Shown here: positions 12,186-22,627 of the stretch, one piece after another
Position numbering within the stretch: the stretch's first letter is position 1
How the letters are laid out: each line of letters starts with the position of its first letter
Assembly (NCBI GenBank): GCA_002104945.1
Contig: MCFH01000151.1
Coordinates: 1 to 23,512 of the forward strand
Source of the DNA: Piromyces finnis finn
Taxonomy: Eukaryota; Fungi; Neocallimastigomycota
Direction: 5' to 3'
DNA: 23,512 bases
Notes under the pieces: model-generated
The model's database searches: none
What the model saw: only the letters and a program-made list of their open reading frames with translations
Told to the model about the DNA's origin: nothing
Position numbers and translations under genes: made by a program

Positions 12186-15100
12186 AATCTGTGTTAAGGT
12201 GAATGTTCCTCTTCCTACGATTAGACCTGTCGTTAAACTTGTTTTCAAAGTATGGTTCTAACAATGAAACATGAAAGACGGATGAATCTCATTGTCTTTG
12301 GAAGTTTCAATTTGAAAGCGAGAGAACTAACTTTTCCAATTATCTCAAATGGGCCAAGCATTTGAGGTGCTAATTTTCTCTTTAGGTTAGTTCCAGGAGA
12401 ATCTTTCAATACCATACCTTCTTTCCCACTTCGAACTCCGGGGAATCATTCTCTTCATATCGGCATATTTCTTATATGTTTCTTTTGCTTTTTCTAAGTT
12501 TTCTTTTAATATTTAAAGTTTTCATTCATATCAATTACTCTTTGTTCAGCTCTACTAGGTCTATCATTAGCTGGAATTTCTAAGCTGAACTTTGGATGAA
12601 ACCATATTAGCAAGAATGGGGATTGATTTATAGATTGTTGTAAAGTAATTATTATTATGCAAATTCAGCAAATGGGATAAGGATCAACCCAGTTATTCTG
12701 CTTTTTATTTATAAAACAACGGAAATATTGTTCTAATATGCCGTTCACCCTCTCCGTTTGACCATCTGTCTGCGGATGTTAGCAGTTGATAATGAATGAT
12801 TGATATTAAGAAGGTCACAAGTCTTGACCAAAAGTCAGAAGTAAATTGCGAGCCTCTATCAGAAATGATGGAATCAGGAGACATGCAAACGGAAGACATT
12901 AGCATAAAAGCATCAGCAGCAATCGAAGCAGTAGGAGACAACGTAAAGGAATGGCGTGAGCAAATTTAGTAAATCTATCGACAATAACCATGAGAGTTGT
13001 CATATCTCCTGGACTTAGGAAGATCAACAATAAAATCAATAGAAATATCAGACCAGGGCCACTGGGAGTGTCCAAAGGGGATAAACAATCCATAAGGCTT
13101 ATGTCTGGGGACTTTGGATTTGCAACAAGTCACGCAAGATTTGATAAAAGATTTAACGTCTGATGAAACCTTGGCCACCAAAAGTTTCTGGAAATCAGTT
13201 CAGTGGTTTCTTAATACCGAAATGACCAGCAGCAACAGAATATGATGAAGTTCCAAAACTCTTGTCCTAAAGATTTAGGAACATAAATAAGATTATTATA
13301 TAGCAAAAATCCTTCATTATCAATAATAACTTTATCAATATTTTAATAGGTGCATTACAGCAGAACCTTCATTTTAAATTGGACAATAGAATTATACAAA
13401 ATCGTATTTTTAAAGTTCTAATAAAATAGAATCGATTAACGGTTTGTTTATCGCTATGATGAAACGAAATAGTAAGACAAGAAACATCAGAATTAATATT
13501 ATTCTCTAAATGGTCACTTCTACGAGACAGGATATCAGGCTTACCGGATTTTTTCCAGCTTATAAATGAGTTTTAAAATCAAATCTGGATAAGAACAAAT
13601 TCCATCTAATTTATCTCTGAGATAACATTTCAGGTTTTTCTAGGAAATGTTAAATTCTTGTGATCAGTTATAAATTATGAACGGATGGCGTGCACCTTCT
13701 AAATAATGACGCCATTCTTCAAGAGCAACTACAATAGCTAAAAGTTCCTTGTCATATATAGGATAGTTTCTTTGACAACTCGTCAAACTTTTAGAAAGAA
13801 ATGCAATAGGATGTAATTTGCCATCAAATCTTGAGAGAGAATAGCACCGACAGCATAATTACTAGCATCAGTTTCTACAATAAATTGTTTTATTACTATC
13901 CGCATGTTTCAGAATAGGAGCTGACGTGAACAGAGATTTTAATAAAATAAAAGCGTCCTGATCTTCTTTCACCCAGTTAAAAGCAACATTCTTTCTAGTG
14001 AGTTTGTGAAGAGGGTTTGCAATTTTAGCAAAGTCTTTAATAAAAATTCTGTAATAGTTGCATAAACCAATAAAAGACTGAACCTCTTTAACATTCTTGG
14101 GAACCGGCCAATCGAGAATTGCTTTAACTTTATTTTCATCCATTTGCAATCCATCCTTTGAAATGACATAACCAAGAAAAGTGGTTTTCTCAACATCAAA
14201 CTCACATTTTTCTAATTTAACATAAAGATTATTTTCAAGTAGTTTCTTAAGTACCTTTTTAACATGCTCATGATGTTCTTCGATATTATTAGAATAAATA
14301 AGAATATCATCAATATATGAGATAACAAAAATCGTCTAAATAGTCACTAAGGACATCGTAATGAAGTGTTGAAAAGTTGCAGGTGCATTCTTTATCCAAA
14401 AGGCATAACCAGATATTCAAAATGTCCATATCTAGTACGAAAAGCCGTTTTGTATCGTCACCTTCTTAATACGAACAAGATTATAAGCGGATTTAAGTCT
14501 AAATTAGTAAAAATCTTAGCATTTTTCACCCTATCCAAAAGGTCACTAATTAAAGGTAAAGGATATGAATTACGAATGGTAATATCATTCAACTTTCTAT
14601 AATCGATACAAAGTCTTAGGGAGCCATCCTTCTTTTTAACAAATAAAATTGGGGCACCAGCAGGAGACGATGATTTCCTAATAAAACCTTTATTTAAATT
14701 ATCATCAATATATTTTTTAAGTTCCTCTCTTTCAACTTCAGTTAATGGATACAAAGGTCCATAAAATAAAGTCGAATCATCTTTAAGTTTGATTTCACAA
14801 TCATAAGGTCTATGAGGAGGTAACACTTCACAATTTTTTTCATTAAACACTTCACTAAATTCTAAATATTGGGTTGGTACGGCGACCAATTTATCTTTAT
14901 TAATATCTTTTTCATTATCATTATTACTACATGATTCGTTATCATTATTACATGTTTCATTAATTTTTGTTACAATACATTTAACTTTTTTATTAAAACT
15001 AATATATTCATCATCGCTATCATCTTCATCATTGATGGTTCTAACAAGGCGGCCTTTAACATATTCTTTTTCTTCATTGTTTGGGACAGAGGGATCTACT

Positions 15101-16471
15101 TTCGGTTTTTTGGTCAAGCTTCGGTCGAGAACATCATGATCTAACTGATCATTCTTTGACTTCTTTCTTGGTTTTCTCTTTCTTTTGCCTTTATTACAAT
15201 GTCTGGCACAATAACCAGAACTAAAAGCGATTTTCTTAGAGTCGTAGAAAGCATTTGGATTATGCTTCTTTATCCACGGCAAACCAAGAATAACATCAAC
15301 ACCGGGGACTTGTAATCCATAAAGTTGAATTACTTCGAAGTGATTTTTGCAACGGAGCATGCACTTCTCAGTCCTTTCCCAAACACTAACAACTCCATCA
15401 CTAACACCAGATACACGGAATGGTTCTACTTTTTCCAAATTAATACCAAGGTCTTCAGCAAGACTTGGATTAATGAAATTTAATTCAGAACCGGAATCAA
15501 TTAAAACCTTAATTTTAACTTCCGAAACTTCATTGGTACTCAAGTAAAAATCCACAAGGTTTAAATCACTTTTCACTCCCTTGACTCCAACTTTGTAAAT
15601 TTTTGGATTAACAATTTTTGGAGTCCTTTCTTTAACAATTCTTAACACTTTTCTGGGCTTTACTCTATTAGGACAATTAAATTTTAAATGTCCCGGTTGT
15701 TTACAAAGAAAACATAACCCTTTTTTCTTTTCTTCTTCAAAGTTATCTATGTTTTCATTGTAATTTTTACTTGATCCTTGAATATTCACATACCTTTTTC
15801 GTTTATTCTCTCTACTAATTTTAAATACATCCACATCCATAGGATCATTAGCCCTTCTACCATTAAAATAAAATTCACTTAAAGAATTCCTTTTCATCAT
15901 ATCTTCAACTAAAATAGTTGAAGAAATCAATTGTTCAATTGAAGTTGGGTTTGATTCAATGAAAGCCAACTTCTCCCTAAGTGGTGGTAATAAACCTTTC
16001 AGAAACATGTAGATTTTTGCGCTATCATTAAAGCTTGAATTTTAGCTAATACGTTGAAACTCGGTAATGTAATCTAATACCTGACCAAGTTTCCTTTGGC
16101 GAAGATTATCTAATTTTCCGTTAGCTACAACGGTATCGTATCTATAACTGCCAAAATTAGCCTTCAACCTATCTACAAATTCATCATAATGGTTTAAAAC
16201 CCCACTATTATTCTTCATCAACACTGAAGCCCATTCCAAAGGTTTACCAGAAAAGTATAACGAAGTCGACCTTGACTCGATCTGTATTATACAGTGTCGG
16301 TCGAGTACGAAATACCAACTCCACTCTAGTTAAAAATCCATCCAATTCTCTTTGTTTACCAGAAAATGTCGGTGGAGCATTAATAATGTTCCCCGAGTTC
16401 CCGGAAACACCCACATTCCTATCACCCATTTCTAAATTTAAATTTTCAAACTCACTAATTAAATCCTCCAA
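12016..16471 (-). pseudogene. gag-pol polyprotein, frameshifted as assembled: capsid, CCHC knuckle, aspartic protease, RT, RNase H, integrase, chromodomain
   Basis: [14 protein letters not shown]; LIDSGS; [28 protein letters not shown]; YIDD at 14306-14317; TDAS and DKELLAI RNase H motifs; HHCC-type zinc finger; DFIVDL, IISDRGSQF, GPF. The upstream start in the track is TTG, not ATG. In-frame TAA at 16042-16044. Confidence 0.93.
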
Positions 16472-16537
16472 TTCAAAATATAATATATAATATAAAATTA
16501 AAATGGTTTCTTACTACTATTTCAAGTAAGTAATCTT

Positions 16538-16540
<3 letters not shown>

Positions 16541-16568
<28 letters not shown>
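16541..16568 (-). repeat. A28 tract in 5' leader of the chromovirus
   Basis: 28 consecutive T on the plus strand. Confidence 0.9.
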
Positions 16569-16572
<4 letters not shown>

Positions 16573-16667
16573 ACACTACTACAATTTATCCTAATACAAA
16601 AGTTATTCAAACGCGTTCTGCAAAGTAGTGTCGAACAAGTTTTGTATTACTAATTAATATTGGTTAA

Positions 16668-16860
16668 TTCTTCTTTCTTCTTGCACTCGGTGGTAGTTTC
16701 TAATTCTAACCAGTAGTCAAAATTTCTTCTTTCTTCTTATTCGGCGGTAGTTTCCAATTCTAACCAGTAGTCAAAATTTCTTCTTTCTTCTTATTCGGCG
16801 GTAGTTTCCAATTCTAACCAGTAGTTAAAGTTCTTTCTTGCTTTTTGTACCCGGCGGTAG
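16668..16860. repeat. 54-bp tandem repeat, about 3.5 copies, in 5' leader
   Basis: cgg(c/t)ggtag anchors at 16688, 16742, 16796 and 16852. Confidence 0.92.
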
Positions 16861-16890
16861 ATACCCTAACGTATTCTCTATCTTCGTTGG

Positions 16891-16901
16891 GTAATTGTTA
16901 T
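16891..16901 (-). promoter_or_regulatory. Primer-binding site, self-priming type (ATAACAATTAC)
   Basis: Directly follows the 5' LTR, lacks the TGG of tRNA PBSs, and is the exact complement of LTR 11-mer GTAATTGTTAT (minus strand, 17036-17026). Confidence 0.85.
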
Positions 16902-17506
16902 TGTAATGTTGAACACTGAAAGAATAGATTAGGATATCTATTCTATTACAATAACACAAAAATTTGAAAAAATAAAATAAAAAATTGTTTTATAAAATAT
17001 CTTTTATTATAATAGAATTTTAATAATAACAATTACATCGATAAAATGATGAAAAATATCTTCTATTTATATTTTTCCTAAATACATTTATATTATATTA
17101 TAATTATTTATTTCTTATATATTATTATTTAAAATCTACACTAAAATCTTAATTATTAATAAATATTTAAACTATAACTATTTTTAGTAAAATACAATTG
17201 GCAATTCAAATTAAGTACTATTTAATTTGAATATGTGCCCATGTATTATTGATATATTAATCATTTATTATTTATCTATTTCTATAAAAAACAATACTAA
17301 AACTAGGGATTTAAATTGAGAATATTAATTTACTTGTTAAACATTAAAAATAAATTAATAATTTATTTTGTTTTAAACTTTAATTATTAATAAATAAATT
17401 ATGTCTCATTTTCTTTTTCTGAATATAATTTGTGTAACTTAAACAATAATACTTGTGGCTTAAGTTACATTAAAGATATCAAACAGAGGCGTTTGGTATC
17501 TTTACA
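16902..17506 (-). mobile_element. 5' LTR, family A (605 bp)
   Basis: tgtaa...ttaca; TATA box and primer 11-mer present. Confidence 0.97.
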
Positions 17507-17668
17507 TATTACTATTGATAATGAAAAAAAAGATAGATAAAAAACACAAATTATTATTTGATAATGTACAAAAATCTTTAAAATATATTATAAATGAAAT
17601 AATTACATCAAAGGTATTAAATAAAAACATTAATAAGGAAGAATTAGAAAAGCTTATTGAAAAAAACA

Positions 17669-18263
17669 AACACTAAAAGAATAGATTAGGATGTCTATTC
17701 TATTACAATAACACTAAAATTAAATAAATAAAAATAAAAATTGTTTTTAAAAATATCTTTATTATAATAGAAATTTATTAATAACAATTACATCGATAAA
17801 ATAATGAAAGATATCTTCTATTTATATTTTTCCTAAATACATTTACATTATATTATAATTATTTATTTCTTATATATTATTATTTAAAATCTACACTAAA
17901 ATCTTAATTATTAATAAATATTTAAACTATAACTATTTTTAGTAAAATACAATTGGCAATTCAAATTAAGTACTATTTAATTTGAATATGTGCCCATGTA
18001 TTATTGATATATTAATCATTTATTATTTATCTATTTCTATAAAAAAACAATACTAAAACTAGGGATTTAAATTGAGAATATTAATTTACTTGTTAAACAT
18101 TAAAAATAAATTAATAATTTATTTTGTTTTAAACTTTAATTATTAATAAATAAATTATGTCCCATTTTCTTTTTCTGTAATATAATTCGTGTAACTTAAA
18201 CAATAATATTTATGGCTTAAGTTACATTAGAGATATCAATTTGTGGCGTTTGATATCTTTACA
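17669..18263 (-). mobile_element. Older, diverged family A LTR lacking about 10 bp of its U5 end
   Basis: Colinear with 16902-17506 with scattered, mostly transition differences; no matching TSD found. Confidence 0.9.
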
Positions 18264-18535
18264 ATGATCCACATATTATGAATGGAATTAATTTAAAATT
18301 TTAACTATTCCAAATCATTAAATTTGAAATAATGGATAATTTCAAAAAGTACGCAGTTTATAGAAAGTTTTACAAAAAAAAATTGAATCAAAAAAAAAAA
18401 ATAATTTTAAAAATATATATATATATAATAAAATAAAAGATAATAAAAATCATTATTAAAAATATATATACCTATTAATAAAGAAACATTACTATTATTT
18501 AAAATCATAATATCTTATTAGAAACGTAACAATTT
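18264..18535. repeat. Dispersed repeat homologous to 1-157 and (inverted) 3368-3582
   Basis: Shared blocks listed for 3368-3582. Confidence 0.8.
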
Positions 18536-18961
18536 GCTACAGGCCTCAACTTAATTGGTTTCTCTGTTGTAGTTTCAATGGAATGTTGTCACGGATACTA
18601 GTGGAATCTACAATTTCAAGACCACTTGAAATCGTGAAATTACGTTTAAAATAACAAAAAATTAATTATCAAATTTTAAAAAAATATAAAACGATATTGA
18701 AGAACATCAGAAATATTAAAAATTCAATTAAAGACCTTAACCCTTTCAGAAATTATTATAAATACTTTTAACCCTTAAGGTCATGATTTAATATCAGAAA
18801 ACAATCGTAACTCCATAACCAATTGTGCTTTTTGGATAATAATATTTTTGCTGAAACCACGCTTGCTAGGAAGCCATGCTCGAGAACCACAACATATGTT
18901 AATATGGGCATTGTAACGTATAAAGGTTTTGTACCTTTTCACCAAAATTGTTGATATAATT

Positions 18962-19764
18962 TGATAATAATCTTAATTTTGAATTTTACTTCAAAAAGTG
19001 ATTATTATATTATATCTTTTGTTATAACTATATAAGTTATATTGATTAAGATTTAAAATCGTTTTTATAAAAATTAATAAAATTGTTTTGTTAAAACACT
19101 AAATGGTTTTATTAGAAACACTTGTTTTTCTAATATTTAAATATTTAAAATTTTTTATTTATTTAAGTATAAAAGTGATTATTAAAATTATAAAATATTA
19201 ATCTAACTATATAATATTTCTTTATTAATAGTAATAGTGATGATTAAAATAAGAATATTTACATGTATTTATATTTTCTTTTAAATTTAAACTATTTACA
19301 TTAAAACAATAAAATTAATAACTATTTACAATAAAAGTAATAAAAGTAATTAGAAATAACAATAAAAGAAATAATTAAAAGTTAAAGAATATAAAAAGTT
19401 GTTTATTTTACAATTAATTAAAGTAATGATTATTTTTAATGTTTTAATAAAGGTGTTTAATTATATTATTTTATAACATGAATTATTATATTTGTTTACT
19501 TTTAAAGTGTAATTTACTAAAGAAGTTATTAAATATTTAATTTAACAATTAATTTAACAAAAGTTATATATTTTGATCTCGATTAATTAAAGTTTATTAT
19601 TTTCTTTCAATAATCAAAATATATGCAGTGTTTAGGATTAATTTTATTTAAGAATTTTGGTAAAGTACTTAATTAAACTATAACTTGTTTTAAGTTACTT
19701 TTAGGGTTAACTTAAAAATCAGGTTTAATAATAATTTTATATTTATTAATTTCATTATTTATCA
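18962..19764 (-). mobile_element. Putative 3' LTR of second gypsy element (left boundary 18952-18962)
   Basis: Begins TGATAAATAAT (minus) right after a purine-rich tract following the pol stop; plus-strand tgataataat at 18962 is the inverted terminus; TATAAATACATGTA on the sense strand at 19273. The partner LTR is outside the window. Confidence 0.55.
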
Positions 19765-19777
19765 GTTTCTCGGCCTT

Positions 19778-21839
19778 TTAAGAATTAACTTCGTCCCTTG
19801 AAGTTAAATTTTGTTCTGGTAGAACGTAAAAAAAAATATTTTTAATATGTACATTTCTATCAAGTAGTTTTCCTGTATGTGGATCTTCAAGTACAACAGT
19901 ATTAAATTTTTGTTTATTAACAACTTTATAAGAACCATAAAAATAAGGATTTAATTTACTTCTTCCTATTAATCTTATCATAACATAATCACCCAGTTTA
20001 TAAGTCTTCTTTAAAGCTTTGGATAAACCTATTCTATGTTCCCAATATTGATTAGCATGATTAGAATATTCAGCAGCTTGTTTTACCCAATTTTGATGCC
20101 TTAAAAATCTTCTAAAAATATATTCTTCTTCTGTTTCATTAGGATCTTTATAAATATCGGGAAACATTATTTCTAATGGCCATGTGTCTCTTCTACCATA
20201 TAATAATTCGAAACTACTAAACTTTGTTTTTGAATTTTTGGTAGTTCTAAGTGACCATAATGCAGATGGTAGATATTCATCCCATTCAGATTCATTTTCA
20301 ATTAAGAGTCTTAAAGTTTTTCCTATTTCTTTGTTTCTATTCTCAATCATACCATTAGATTGTGGGTGATGAGGAGAAACAAAATGAACCCATGATCCAT
20401 ATAAATCAATCATCATTTTAGTAATATCAGAAATAAATGAACTTCCATTATCAGTAACAATTATTTCTGGTGGACCATGTCTTGTTATTACTTCTATTAA
20501 AAATTTTATTACTTCTTCTGATTTCATATTTGGAATTGCTTTAGCTTCAACCCATTTAGTGAAATAATCAACAAGGGTAATAATATAAGAATTTCCATGT
20601 TTAGTAAGTGGTAATGGACCAACTATATCTAATCCAACTCTAGTAAATGGTTGTTCAATTGGGGTTATATTATCTTCAGTATTTTTAGGTAAAGGCTTAG
20701 GTCTACAAAGTTGACATTTTCTACAGGACTTTACCCACATTCTAACATCATTCCAAATACCAGGCCAATAATAAGATTTTAAAATTCTATTTGTGGTCTT
20801 TTCAGCACCTTCATGACCAACAGAATGAGCACGACTAATAATATCTTGTTTATCTTCATTTTTGTAAATAACTTTAAGATATAATTCATCTTTTTTATAA
20901 TAAAGAGTATTATCAACAACTTGATAATTTTTAGTAAAATATTTTTTTATTCCTTCAGGTAGGTCTAAATCTCTTGGATTAAAATCAGACAAAATTGCAT
21001 AAGCACAATTTACTATTTCATCAGAATTTTTAGAAGGTAATCTTGAAAGGGCATCAGCAAAAACATTTTTCTTTCCTTTATCATATTTTAATTCAATTTT
21101 ATATTTATTAAATTCTTCAATCCATCTTGCATGTCTACCTTTTGATGGAATATTCTTTTTATAAAATCCCAGTAATGGTTTATGATCAGTAATTAATATG
21201 GTAGGATTTTTATTACTTATAATATATTGACGAAATTGTAGAATTGCATAATAAATAGCTAATCCTTCAAGGTCAGTAACAGAATAATTCTTTTCTGAAG
21301 TAGATAAAGTACGACTAATACAACAAATTGGATGTTCCAATTTGTCCCCCTCCACCTGTAAGAGTACAGCACCAATGCCATTAGTTGATGCATCAGTACG
21401 AATAATAAATTCTTTATTAAAATCAGGATAACTTAAAATAGGATCACTTAATAGACATTGTCGGATATCTTCAAAAGCATTATTACATTCTTGTGACCAA
21501 ATATATTCTTGGTCTTTCTTTAATAAATTAAAAAGAGAGCTTGCTCTAATAGAAAAATTTTGAATAAATTTGCGGTAGTAACTAGCTAAACCTAGGAATG
21601 ATCTTAATTCATTAACATTTCTTGGAGCATTCCATAAAGCAATACTTTGAACTTTAGAAGGAACAGTTTTTAATCCGTTAGGTGTAAGTACATGTCCTAG
21701 TACTTCTACCTTTTCTTGAAAGAATTTACATTTTTGTAAATTAAGAGAAAGATTATATTTAGATAATATTTCAAAAACTTGTTGCAAATGATAAAGATGT
21801 TCTTCTGGTGATTTAGAATAAACAACAATATCATCAATG
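19778..21839 (-). pseudogene. Second Ty3/gypsy pol, RT C-half, RNase H and integrase (no chromodomain)
   Basis: IDDIVVYS, RTDASTNGIGAVL, TDHKPL, HSVGHEG..CRKC, GLDIVGPLP, VTDNGSSF, GMIENRN, YGSY (GPY variant). Frame intact over about 2 kb. Confidence 0.93.
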
Positions 21840-22627
21840 TGTAAAAGTATAAAATTTAAAACAGATTTCATACTTAAAACAAAACAATTTTTATTAACAC
21901 AAAAATAAAAAAATAAAACATTAAATTTTTATTTTAAGAAAACATTTTATTTAAACTCTTAAAAATATTATTAGCTATATAATAGTTAATAATTAAAAAA
22001 TTGAAAATAACAATTACATCGATTTAACAAATAAAAATTACATGTATTTATATTTTTTCATAATTATATTCTAATATATTATTCTATTTAAATAAACATA
22101 TATTTAATATAAAATAAACAAAACTAATTTAATTAAATAATAAAATAACAGAACTAAACTAAACTAATTCATTATACTTTTAATTCAATTTGAGTAAACT
22201 CAAAATTGAATAAAGCCCATGTATTTTCTATAAATTAATTTAATATTATCAATACTATTCTTAATATATTTCCTATTGAAATATAAATAAATCTATTTTT
22301 AAAACTAAGTTAAAATTATTAAACTATTCTAAATTTAAATAAAAAAGTATAATCTATTCTAAAATTATATAAAAAGTATTTAAAAAATATTTTAATTATT
22401 TTAAATATTTGAAATATTTAAATTTAATTAAAATTCTTTTATTCCTTAAATTTAAATATTTATCTTAATTTAAATTTTACGGAATTATTATAAAATAATT
22501 TATTATTAAATTATTCCATAAAATTTACTCAAAAATTTTATAATCAGTTTTACTAAATATTAATTTATTATTTAATAATTAATAATTAATTATTAAATAA
22601 TCTAAAGATATATATTATATCTTTACA
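21840..22627 (-). mobile_element. Solo LTR, family C (788 bp), inserted in RT active-site codons
   Basis: tgtaaaag...ctttaca; CAATG TSD at 21835-21839 and 22628-22632. Confidence 0.95.

Larger units (their letters stand above)
11266..17506 (-). mobile_element. Full-length Ty3/gypsy LTR retrotransposon, chromovirus (Tf1/sushi-like)
   Basis: Paired LTRs, TATTA TSD (11261-11265, 17507-17511), PBS, PPT, domain order gag-PR-RT-RH-IN-chromodomain. Confidence 0.97.

Noticed and set aside
16042-16044. Programmed read-through stop between gag and pol
   Set aside because: The stop falls within the capsid region, upstream of the zinc knuckle, not at the gag/pol boundary.
14366-16490. Plus-strand ORFs 14366-14602, 15347-15547 and 16272-16490
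   Set aside because: Antisense to gag-pol with no recognisable motifs.
16668-16860. CRISPR-like array
   Set aside because: Head-to-tail repeats without unique spacers, inside a retrotransposon leader.
18565-18894. Solo LTR bounded by TGTTGT...ACAACA
   Set aside because: No matching TSD for either candidate start (18565 or 18584) and no second copy in the window.
21840-21871. Start of the 697-aa ORF (MKSVLNFILLH)
   Set aside because: Lies in the inserted solo LTR and is not a real N-terminus.
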